A DNA stretch of 64,000 nt, taken from an uncultured Nitrososphaerales archaeon (GTDB taxonomy: Archaea; Thermoproteota; Nitrososphaeria; Nitrososphaerales; Nitrososphaeraceae). The notes beneath the pieces were generated by a model that was not told the DNA's origin, searched no databases, and was given only the letters and a program-made list of their open reading frames with translations. Position 1 is the first letter of the stretch; each line of letters starts with the position of its first letter. Positions 55,822 through 64,000 of the stretch are shown in pieces. Position numbers and translations under genes: made by a program. Location of the stretch: the NCBI GenBank assembly GCA_963713605.1, contig CAVQMO010000010.1:1066676-1130675 (forward strand), given 5' to 3'.

Positions 55822-56868
55822 ATGACTACCCTTATGGTTGGAATTCACAATTCTGTTCTCGTGCTTGATTCCTCAGATGATTTTAAGATTAGGGAGATTT
55901 CCAAAGGTGGTAATCCACAAGGTAAAGAGTCAGAATCTCCAGGGCATAAGCCATCGTGCATAGCATTTGATCCTCAAAACTCCCATCGTGCATATTGGGG
56001 TATTTTCAATAATGGCCTGTGGAAAACAGATGATCGTGGCCAGTCCTGGGATAACATTGGAAAAGATAGTTTCTCCAGCCCACGAATCATGTCCGTTGCG
56101 GTTAGTTCTCTGAATAGTGGAAATAAATCTAACAAAGTATATGCAGGAACCGAACCAAGTGCACTCTATGTTTCAAATGATGGAGGAGATAGTTGGGAAA
56201 GAATGAAAGCATTAAATGATTTACCCTCGTCAAAAACATGGAGCTTTCCACCGAGACCATATACTCATCACGTTCGTTGGATTGAACCAGATGCAACCAA
56301 TCCTGATTATCTATTTGTCGCTATAGAAGCAGGAGCCCTGGTGCAAAGCCGTGATGGAGGTAAAACTTGGATGGACAGAGTTAAAGGAGGCCCGTATGAC
56401 ACACATACTTTAGCTACTCATCCAAAAGCGCCCAAGCGCCTCTACTCCTCTGCAGGCGACGGGTACTATGAAAGTCTTGATTATGGAGAATCATGGAATA
56501 GACCCATGGAAGGATTGAAACATAGTTACCTTACTGGGATAGCAGTTGATTCGGGTAATCCTGATGCTGTGATTGTCTCAGCCTCTGATGGCCCTTTCAA
56601 GTCATTCTCTCCCAACAGCGCTGAAACATTTCTATACAGAAAAGATGATGAAGATGGCAAAAAATGGAAGGTTGTTTCAGACGGTGTTCCTCACCCAAGT
56701 GGAACTACTATGTCGATCTTGGCATCAAATCAAAAGGTTCAAGGAGAGTTTTATGCCGTCAATAATCATGGTGTCTTTATTTCGAACGATTTGGGTGAAT
56801 CATGGAGGGAACTTACTAATGAATGGCCCAACGAAAGTACTCCTTTGGCGCTTGCTGTTTCCGAATAA
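55822..56868 (+). CDS. BNR/Asp-box beta-propeller protein
   Basis: Asp-boxes TDDRGQSW, SNDGGDSW, SRDGGKTW, SLDYGESW, SNDLGESW; WSFPPRP.THHVRWI. Confidence 0.9.
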   Translation: MTTLMVGIHNSVLVLDSSDDFKIREISKGGNPQGKESESPGHKPSCIAFDPQNSHRAYWGIFNNGLWKTDDRGQSWDNIGKDSFSSPRIMSVAVSSLNSGNKSNKVYAGTEPSALYVSNDGGDSWERMKALNDLPSSKTWSFPPRPYTHHVRWIEPDATNPDYLFVAIEAGALVQSRDGGKTWMDRVKGGPYDTHTLATHPKAPKRLYSSAGDGYYESLDYGESWNRPMEGLKHSYLTGIAVDSGNPDAVIVSASDGPFKSFSPNSAETFLYRKDDEDGKKWKVVSDGVPHPSGTTMSILASNQKVQGEFYAVNNHGVFISNDLGESWRELTNEWPNESTPLALAVSE

Positions 56869-56898
56869 TGGTAAAGGGACATTACTAAATAATTTACA

Positions 56899-57009
56899 CA
56901 TGCCAGAACTGCAGAGACATTACGGAATGTTGCGACTAACTTTGTATGTTTAGGATTGGTTGTCGAAATGCATCAAACAAGTCATCATGGCTAGTGCTTC
57001 CTTGTCCAA
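56899..57009 (-). repeat. Terminase-like 3' tail copy H (two pieces)
   Basis: 56963-57009 LDKEA.SHDDLFDAFR; 56899-56928 FR.MSLQFWH. Confidence 0.85.
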
Positions 57010-57068
57010 TATGAAGTCAAGGTAAGGTGGAGAAAACTAATAGTCTAGTCTTTTGATTAAGGAGAATA

Positions 57069-57468
57069 TTGGATAATCAAGAAATACGTGCGATTCTGGA
57101 TCGTTATTGGGAAGCCACGTTAGCTCATGATTTAGAGAGGGTGCATGAGTTTTATCATGATGATGTTGTAGTCGAATTTCCACAATCTGGCGAACGCATT
57201 CGGGGCAAGCAAAACATATACGATCTCAGAGCACACTACCCCACTGAGGCTACTTATAAAATCCTGAGAGTTCGTGGAGATGGAAATCTCTGGACTACTG
57301 AAGTGACTGTCAACTATGAGAATGACAATGAACGCCCAGTCAATGGGGTAGCCATCATGGAGTTTCGAAATGATAAAATCGCACATGAAACACTCTATTT
57401 TGCATATCCATTTGAACCACCTGAGTGGAAGATCTCAATGGGTCGAGATTGTCAAGGATAACAAGTAA
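57069..57468 (+). CDS. SnoaL/NTF2-like protein
   Basis: YHDDVVVEFPQSGERIRG...EFRNDKIAHETLYFA.PFEPPEW; probable terminal frameshift. Confidence 0.85.
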
Positions 57469-57480
57469 ATGACTTGGTAA

Positions 57481-57507
57481 TCAGTGCCAGAACTGCAGAG
57501 ACAATCT
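57481..57507 (-). repeat. Terminase-like 3' tail copy I
   Basis: RLSLQFWH*. Confidence 0.8.
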
Positions 57508-57529
57508 GGCGGCGTCATAGGCTTCTTTG

Positions 57530-57645
57530 ATATAAACTATTGATGACAAATCAGATTAAAATACCAATCATATTCTCCAGAACCCAGATAAATTATTTAG
57601 CAGGACCGCCCGGAGTGACAGGAGTGACAGGTGCTCAAGGAGACC
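57530..57645 (+). pseudogene. Collagen gene remnant (promoter fused to a Gly-X-Y fragment)
   Basis: Third copy of the collagen upstream element directly followed by AGPPGVTGVTGAQG. Confidence 0.6.
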
Positions 57646-58258
57646 ATCCCTTCAGTGATTTATATGCCTCAGGGGTAATGAAGGTAAAGTATTGTTCCTC
57701 GTCCCCGGCATATACTATTAGTTTGGCGGCCAGGATATCATCCTCAGTATCATTACACCAAGGAATTACGTGTTTCCATTTAAGGTAATCCCATGCACCA
57801 ATTCTGATCCCTGAAGAGACCATTGTAAAGACTATGGGTTTAATTCTTCTGTCAGGGTATTCAATAATGATTTTTATTTCCTCTAGACTTGGCGCCCTGT
57901 CATTGGCGGCTTTTCCCGAATGGGGCAAACCGCGCGATATCTTCTTCCAATTCAATACGATGTCATTCATTTCACAGAATAATTTGGTTGCCCTATTGTA
58001 ATTTGGGATGGTACATTCTGCTATCTCGCCTCTTTTGGCTACAAATGCCATAAGACTTTCTTCACACCACTTAAGATCCTTGCTTGCCGTCAGATAGAAT
58101 TGTTCGGCCTGTTCAACTAAAGAGCCTTTCAACCCCAAGTAATCAAGAAATATTTTGAATCTGCGTGGATACTGTCGCTTAGATTCTGGTGCCTTTAGTG
58201 CGTACGTGAAAACAGTCATCGGGTCTTTTCTTGGTCTTTCTATGGGTCCTCTAAGCAA
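57635..58258 (-). mobile_element. Tyrosine recombinase/integrase, C-terminally truncated
   Basis: ALKAPESKRQYPRR, DRAPSLEEI, MVSSGIRIGAW (box I Arg), YFTFITPEA; no HxxR or catalytic Tyr. Confidence 0.85.
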
Positions 58259-58304
58259 ACTTCCTATTCTTTTATGGCAGTGGGCATAATTAAAGGGACA
58301 AGAT

Positions 58305-58332
58305 TGGCGCGGGCTCGGAGGGATTCGGAACC
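58305..58332 (-). other. tRNA 3'-end remnant (T arm + acceptor strand), probable att site
   Basis: GGTTC(C)GAATCCCTCCGAGCCCG, like the 3' end of archaeal tRNA-Arg, about 50 bp upstream of the integrase. Confidence 0.6.
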
Positions 58333-58834
58333 TTTGAGTATGCGGGTTCGTTTGCTAGTTAGAAGTGCTGTAAGTATTATGCAGACTCAGGATTTTCTAA
58401 TATCGTTAGCGATACCATTCGTGAAGGTTTAAAACTGGCCAACTGGCAACAACACACAAACCCACGTAATGAACCCAGAAAAAAATATTGGGTTTGTCTA
58501 ACTTGACCTACAGCTTTTTCCAGCCTCTAATATTCTGTCGATTGCTGCCCTGTCTAGTCTACCAGCCTTCCATAACTCTGATAGTAGTTGGTTTAGAAGC
58601 CTTGTTAGATTAGAGTTCTCGGGAATGTTTACTTTTCCTTCTGCCGCGCTCATACCTGTCTGTCTCAACCTTTACTTAGTTGTCGTTGCTTTAAGCATGT
58701 TTTGCAAGATATTTTCAAGGTGTGATTCGGAAGTGTCCTATTACCCAATACTGCGTATACATTGTTTACCATGGTGGGTTTATTATGCGCTGGAAATAGT
58801 AAAGGAACTATCTTCTTACGTTACCTAATAAAAA

Positions 58835-59110
58835 CTACTTTTTCTTATTATAATACGACCGTAGATCTTTCATGACTATCTTAAACCTATTCTCTAAACT
58901 ATCTAGTCTTTGACCCATTCTTTTATCGTCTTGGTGAGTATCGATAAGGTATCTGTATGCACTATCAATTGCTTTAAGGTAAGCGTATACATATGACTCT
59001 ACTGGTATATCCCTTGCCTGTACTTTCACGCCCTTCACGCTCCACTAATTCTTTGTATACCATTTCACCTTTGTTAATTATAATCTCTTCCAACTCTTTT
59101 TCATTCGACA
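58835..59110 (-). CDS. Hypothetical protein (frameshifted)
   Basis: MSNEKELEEIIINKGE.../KGVKVQARDIPVESYVYAYLKAID... Confidence 0.4.
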
Positions 59111-59238
59111 TTTTATGTCTAGATAAATTAGACACAGATATAAAATTACGGGGTTTCAGTAGAAGAAGAATAATAGGTGGTGAGATGTAAAACCATGCCC
59201 CAGATAGACCCCCACTCACTGCCAGGACAACTTCTTTT

Positions 59239-59340
59239 CTATCTTCGATTTACAGCATGGCAACGACACTCGCATGTAAAGGTATCGCTCCATTTACACG
59301 ATCTATGATTGTTTGTTAGGCATCCCAATGATAATTGCAT
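59239..59340 (-). CDS. 33-aa Cys/His-rich microprotein, copy 1
   Basis: MQLSLGCLTNNHRSCKWSDTFTCECRCHAVNRR*; paralog at 61089-61190. Confidence 0.75.
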   Translation of the reverse strand: MQLSLGCLTNNHRSCKWSDTFTCECRCHAVNRR

Positions 59341-59413
59341 TATTTACTTGATTTAATAATAGTCGGAGATCCTAAAAAATAGTGTATTACGATTGTTAAG
59401 GGGTTTGGGTAAT

Positions 59414-59500
59414 TTAATCCATAAATAATGCTAAATATCGATGTCCTCTCTGTGTGATTCGATACCGAGAGGGCCCCGTGAATTCATTTTCAGACAACAT
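59414..59500 (-). pseudogene. Winged-helix gene 3' tail, copy 1
   Basis: SENEFTGPSRYRITQRGHRYLALFMD*. Confidence 0.6.
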
Positions 59501-59536
59501 CTCTGCATACTATGGATCTGTCTTCCTGACAAACTG

Positions 59537-59875
59537 TTATGACGGATCATCAACTAATAGAGAATAGTTCTGTATCTTCAATAGGTCTGATACTGACGAT
59601 TCAAGTATCCTGAACTGAAAAGGGGCTTTCTCTCCTGCAGGTATAGTATCAGGAGTAACATACGTTATGTCGGTTCCTATAACATTTCCTTCTGCGTCGT
59701 ATAGTGTCGCCGATATCTCTACTATACCTACATCCCCGTTTCCATTGTTTATAACCTCTCCTGCTATATGATATGAAGGCGTCAACTCATTATTGTCTAG
59801 CCACGATTCTGTTTTGCCTACTATTTCTACTTGTGCTAGCACTTGTGTATTTAGAATCCCTAATATTCCTACCAT
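59537..59875 (-). CDS. FxLYD-domain protein
   Basis: HIAGEVINNG...ISATLYDAEGNVIG...IPAGEKAPF. Confidence 0.85.
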   Translation of the reverse strand: MVGILGILNTQVLAQVEIVGKTESWLDNNELTPSYHIAGEVINNGNGDVGIVEISATLYDAEGNVIGTDITYVTPDTIPAGEKAPFQFRILESSVSDLLKIQNYSLLVDDPS

Positions 59876-60225
59876 GGTAAAAAAGATACCAATGATAACA
59901 CTATATCATATATTTGTCCACCTACAAATCGGCTTAAGTCTATCTTTGTAGGAGCCAGAATATTGTAATATTGTTGTATACCAATTGACCTAGACTCGTC
60001 CTTTTGAATTAGCGCTGACACTATATGTTGGGGAGGTGGAGGTGAATATGGTTGCTGGACTTGCATCTGCATAGTAGGCTGCTGGGGCTGCTGCTGTTGA
60101 GTCCCCGTCTGGGCATTGAAGTTGGGACGTAGAGACGAAGATAACAAAGGCAACAGAAGAAAGCATACTATTAGCACCGCTAATTTCCTGGATATTGGTC
60201 CATTAATTATCACCCCTAACTGCAA
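59869..60225 (-). CDS. Hypothetical secreted protein fragment
   Basis: Signal-like segment then Q/P-rich linker. Confidence 0.4.
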   Translation of the reverse strand: MQLGVIINGPISRKLAVLIVCFLLLPLLSSSLRPNFNAQTGTQQQQPQQPTMQMQVQQPYSPPPPQHIVSALIQKDESRSIGIQQYYNILAPTKIDLSRFVGGQIYDIVLSLVSFLPW

Positions 60226-60404
60226 ACTATAAGCAATCTAGAGAGAAGTATTATGTAAACATTCAGTAAAGAGATTACATAGGCCTTACTAACTCCTTTT
60301 GACGATGGTTCGATTCATTCCTGAGGAATCAATCAATTCAATTGTAGATTCGATAATGGTAGCACCCTGTCCTTCAATAATTTGTCTTCATTTGGATCTT
60401 GTAT

Positions 60405-60475
60405 GGGTTATTACCTATCGCTGCTGGTCTGTGGATATTTCTAGCATAATTTCACCGTAGGCCTGTAATAGCCCT
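60405..60475 (+). repeat. Imperfect hairpin element, copy 1 (copy 2 at 60887-60961)
   Basis: GGGTTATTAC...GTAATAGCCC outer stem with inner GGTCTGTGG/CCGTAGGCC stem. Confidence 0.65.
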
Positions 60476-60579
60476 TCTATAATTAACCGATTAATTACTC
60501 CCCTATAGAAGTCAAAGGGGGAGACTTACAGAACTATGTGTGAACCTGTTATAAGCAATGACAAATAAGATGAGGCCGC

Positions 60580-60843
60580 ATGAGAGAGGAAATGAAGTGG
60601 GTTTGTGTGGATTGTAACAAAGTATTGGACAAAACCAACTTCGTCGATTTCATAAAGGAAAGTGACAACGATAAATATAGCAATCAAGAAGCGGTAGGTA
60701 CAGTATCACCACTGGAGATTTCTGCTGCCACCAACCTCATCGTCGTCATCATCATCAGAGGAGGAACACGAAATGGTAGACGTTCCTTGGCCCAAGCGGA
60801 CCATAATCTAAGGCCAGCCAGGCTTACTTTCTCTAGTCTCTAA
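60580..60843 (+). CDS. Small CxxC protein, paralog of 49099 ORF (frameshift near 60695)
   Basis: MKWVCVDCNKVLDKTNFVDFIKESDND...VQYHHWR. Confidence 0.6.
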   Translation: MREEMKWVCVDCNKVLDKTNFVDFIKESDNDKYSNQEAVGTVSPLEISAATNLIVVIIIRGGTRNGRRSLAQADHNLRPARLTFSSL

Positions 60844-60886
60844 CGACGGGAGAGGCTTATTTAGTTTAATGCACAACTGTCTATAC

Positions 60887-60961
60887 GGGGTTATTACTAT
60901 CCACCCTGGCCTGCGGATATTTCCTAGTACAGAATTTCACCGTCAGGTCGGTAATAACTCC
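60887..60961 (+). repeat. Imperfect hairpin element, copy 2
   Basis: GGGGTTATTAC...GTAATAACTCC outer stem with inner GGCCTGCGG/CCGTCAGGTC stem. Confidence 0.65.
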
Positions 60962-61088
60962 TTCAAACTTGAAGATAAACGTTCTGTTCGAATATCAAAG
61001 TATTAATCTGTCAATGATTAGCAAAACATTCCCTCAATGATCAGTTATTCCAGAAATTGAGCCGTTGTCTTCATTATCTTTGTTATTT

Positions 61089-61190
61089 CTATCGTCGATT
61101 TTCAGCGTGGCAGCGACATTCGCAAGTAATGTTATCGCTCCACTTACATGCCCTATGATTGTTTGTCAAGCACCCTAATGATAATTGCAT
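61089..61190 (-). CDS. 33-aa Cys/His-rich microprotein, copy 2
   Basis: MQLSLGCLTNNHRACKWSDNITCECRCHAENRR*. Confidence 0.75.
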   Translation of the reverse strand: MQLSLGCLTNNHRACKWSDNITCECRCHAENRR

Positions 61191-61275
61191 TATTTACTTA
61201 TCATAATAATAGTCGGAGATCCTAACTAGTGTATTACGATTGTAACGGGGTCGGGTAAAAATAAGAGGGTTATGG

Positions 61276-61539
61276 CTAGGTTGGACAATCTCCTAACGCT
61301 TTCTCGGCACCTTCGTTGGCTTGTTGTATTCCTCTGTCACTTGCATGAGTTGTAGTATCAGGCTCGGTCTTTGCATCCTGCTTTCCTTCTAAATCAAGCA
61401 TTTTATCACATGCCCTATCCGAACGTGAGTCTTCGCCAGAACTTGCGAATGATATTGCTATTGTGGAAGACTCTAGTACAGCCATCACAGAGGCAGATAT
61501 CGCCCCTAACATTAATCCCATGAGTATGGTCTTTTTCAT
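61276..61539 (-). CDS. Small secreted protein
   Basis: MKKTILMG signal peptide; two Cys; upstream TATTTATA box. Confidence 0.65.
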   Translation of the reverse strand: MKKTILMGLMLGAISASVMAVLESSTIAISFASSGEDSRSDRACDKMLDLEGKQDAKTEPDTTTHASDRGIQQANEGAEKALGDCPT

Positions 61540-61622
61540 TGCAGGGCCAGGCTATAGCGACGAAGTATAAATAGGTACGGCAGAAGAATCATTGCCCGAA
61601 CGTCATCGATAAAGGAAATTAC

Positions 61623-61706
61623 TCATTCGGTAAATAAGGACAAATACCGTTGTCCTCTCTGAGTTATTCGATACCGATATGGACCTGTTATATGATCTTC
61701 AGAACG
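61623..61706 (-). pseudogene. Winged-helix gene 3' tail, copy 2
   Basis: SEDHITGPYRYRITQRGQRYLSLFTE*. Confidence 0.6.
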
Positions 61707-62482
61707 CGACCGACTCAGTAATCTGTGAGCGATCTCAACCGCAGTATCGGAAGTGACGAATTCTGTAGTGACAATCCAAGTCATTTTGCATGTGATGGAA
61801 AGGTAGGAAACAGTCAAGATGATAACGAAGATGACCCTGATTATAGAACAGAGAGTGATCTAACTGATGCAGAAAAAGAAGAGAAAAAGACAGATACAAA
61901 AGGAGCCTGTTAGGGCGACGACTATGAAGGATTCTTAGTGGGAGAACTGCCAGAAGTTAGGTGATACAATTTATGATTCCTCGTAAGTCACCTACTTCTC
62001 CTCCTTTATTCGTTGGATATCAGTAACACTGGGTGCTATCTCTGCCTCTACTGCTTCACGTCTTTTTACCTCTAGCGTTCTCAAGATATCGTGTATTGCC
62101 TCTGCGGTAAGCCTGTGACTTTCCGCTTCGCCTATTTCACCGTTATGGACATAGCCCTCAGCCAATGTTGCTTGTCTATAGGCTCAAGTGATAGGTGGCC
62201 CATCGTCAACTCCATATCCGAACGGTCGATGCCTCTCAGGAGGTTGGATAAATTACTAAGTCTCTTTTCTCTCTTATCTTCCGACTGGTTAGACATAATA
62301 ACCATTATTCATAAAAATATTTAGATATATTCAATTTCACGGGGTATCCTCGTAGACAGAACATAAATACGTAAAAGACTACCGAAGAGATAGTTTGTCA
62401 ATCAATCTTTCATTTCTTGCATCATACGGTAACAGGGTCATTATTGACCTCGCAATAACACAAATGACCTAAATCTTTGATT

Positions 62483-62551
62483 CTAATGCCAGAACAACAA
62501 TGACATCCTGAATGCGTCCATAAGGTCGCTTCTTTGTCAAGCGATCCCTCC
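62483..62551 (-). repeat. Terminase-like 3' tail copy J
   Basis: EGSLDKEAT/LMDAFRMSLLFWH* (short internal deletion). Confidence 0.9.
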
Positions 62552-62587
62552 CGCAGGAAATCCTTAAGTAAAGAGGCCCATTATCAT

Positions 62588-63865
62588 ATGCATTTGTCAT
62601 TAAAGATAATAGCAGTAGTTCTTTCAGTTTATTCAATATCATTCTTATTTTGTGGTGTAGCCTTCACAGTTCATGCTCAATCGGACTTGCAGACAACAAA
62701 ATATAGAAATATGGTTATAGATTTGGGTAATGGTTTAAAGACTAACGCTAGGCTAAATCTTCCATCCAATGGGGACGGTCCCTTCCCAGGTGTTCTTCTT
62801 GTACCTGGCTCTGGAAAGACGGATATGAATGAAACTGCAGGCTACGTTCACATAGATAACGAAACAGGCTCAATTATTTATCCGCCTGGTAGACCGTTCT
62901 TTGAAATAGCCGAATATCTTTCAGAAAGAGGTTTTGCAGTATTGCAGTATGACAAGAGAGGTATTGGCGCGAATCTGACAGTTCTGGATAGCAATGTATG
63001 GGGGAATGTAACTGTTGATGAACTAAAGCAAGATGCAGAGAAGGCCTTAAATGTTCTTATACAGCAACCAGAGGTGGATGCTAGCCATGTAACTCTAGTT
63101 GGACATAGCGAGGGTACAACGATTGTCCCAAGAGTTGCAATCGACAATCCAGATAAAGTAGATAATATTGTACTGATGGGGACCTTGGCCCAAAACTTGC
63201 GTGAAATAGGATACTTCCAAGGTGTTACGAACCCAGTACACTACGCTCAACAGGTTCTAGACCATAATCACAATGGATTGATATCAGTACAAGAAGCGTC
63301 TGAGAATCCTATTTTTAATACTATTTTTGGGAACCTTACTCTATTTCTTGCTCAAAATATAACTGCTACAAATGGAACATCCGAACAACTAAATCCCCGA
63401 TATAATACGAATAATGATACTTTCATAAGTATTAATGAAGAACTCAAACCTAGGATAATAAATTTTATCAAATCATTTTCATCTCAGGTTGTAACACCAG
63501 GTGAAAAGTGCGATCCCCGTAACACCTGTCCCATTTGGCTTAAAACGCATTACCCTACACCTACTATAGATATCATAAGTAAAGTTCCATCAGATACATC
63601 TATTCTAATACAACAAGGGAAGAATGATTCACAAACCCCAATACAGCAAGCACTTCTTTTACAGCAGGAACTGACAGAAGTAAGACATCCTGATCATACA
63701 TTGATAACATACTCTGACCTCGGCCATGCTTTCTATCCTTCATCTCAATGGGTAACTGCTTTTGGCCCAATGGAACAAAAGGTTCTGGAAGATCTTTTTG
63801 GCTGGCTTTCAGATCCAGTCAGAGACTTTAAGAAGTTAACCATTTTATCTTCGCAAATGCCTTAG
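62588..63865 (+). CDS. Secreted alpha/beta hydrolase
   Basis: Signal peptide; VPGSG..D, YDKRG, GHSEG nucleophile, QGKNDSQ, LGH. Confidence 0.9.
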   Translation: MHLSLKIIAVVLSVYSISFLFCGVAFTVHAQSDLQTTKYRNMVIDLGNGLKTNARLNLPSNGDGPFPGVLLVPGSGKTDMNETAGYVHIDNETGSIIYPPGRPFFEIAEYLSERGFAVLQYDKRGIGANLTVLDSNVWGNVTVDELKQDAEKALNVLIQQPEVDASHVTLVGHSEGTTIVPRVAIDNPDKVDNIVLMGTLAQNLREIGYFQGVTNPVHYAQQVLDHNHNGLISVQEASENPIFNTIFGNLTLFLAQNITATNGTSEQLNPRYNTNNDTFISINEELKPRIINFIKSFSSQVVTPGEKCDPRNTCPIWLKTHYPTPTIDIISKVPSDTSILIQQGKNDSQTPIQQALLLQQELTEVRHPDHTLITYSDLGHAFYPSSQWVTAFGPMEQKVLEDLFGWLSDPVRDFKKLTILSSQMP

Positions 63866-63913
63866 GTTGTTAGCAGATTCCTCATCTGTAACGCGAATGA
63901 ATCGATAGCCAGA

Positions 63914-63987
63914 TTAATGCCAGAACTGCAGTGAAAGCCTGAAGTCCTCAGTGACTCACCATACTGCAAAGACAATCTGAATGTATC
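63914..63987 (-). repeat. Terminase-like 3' tail copies K and L
   Basis: 63914-63943 FRLSLQFWH*; 63958-63987 DTFRLSLQY. Confidence 0.8.
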
Positions 63988-64000
63988 CCTCAGTTTATCA

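Noticed and set aside
61990..62311. Possible minus-strand gene downstream of tail J
   Set aside because: Several stops and no recognisable family; cannot support a call.
45360..63987. CRISPR array or classical integron attC array
   Set aside because: Repeats vary in length, are protein-derived and irregularly spaced by up to kilobases; no cas genes, no RYYYAAC/GTTRRRY boxes recognised and no intact IntI.

Overview
Archaeal DNA, most likely an ammonia-oxidising Nitrososphaerales (Thaumarchaeota) genome, judged from 4-hydroxybutyryl-CoA dehydratase, EgsA, archaeal PoK/PPS/PanB/CoaBC, type II GAPDH and SepF. About 1-37.6 kb is core chromosome with one tRNA-Pro. Many core genes carry single-base frameshifts that look like long-read indel errors. 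About 37.6-64 kb is an accessory mosaic: a secreted poly-Ala/Gly silk-like protein, two collagen-like proteins, small secreted peptides, hydrolases, pseudogenes and a truncated tyrosine integrase beside a tRNA 3'-end remnant. The most striking unannotated signal is about a dozen short, co-oriented, 5'-truncated copies of the 3' end of a terminase-large-subunit-like gene (GEGxLDKEATSxDDLFDAFRxSLxFWH*) between 45.3 and 64 kb. They are synonymously diverged and often sit just past the stop codon of a cargo gene, suggesting a cassette-like array of genes captured from a virus or mobile-element family. Other duplicated pieces (a 33-aa Cys-rich microprotein, a winged-helix tail, a covarying hairpin, a collagen promoter) fit the same mosaic. 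All family calls are by motif recognition, without database searches.
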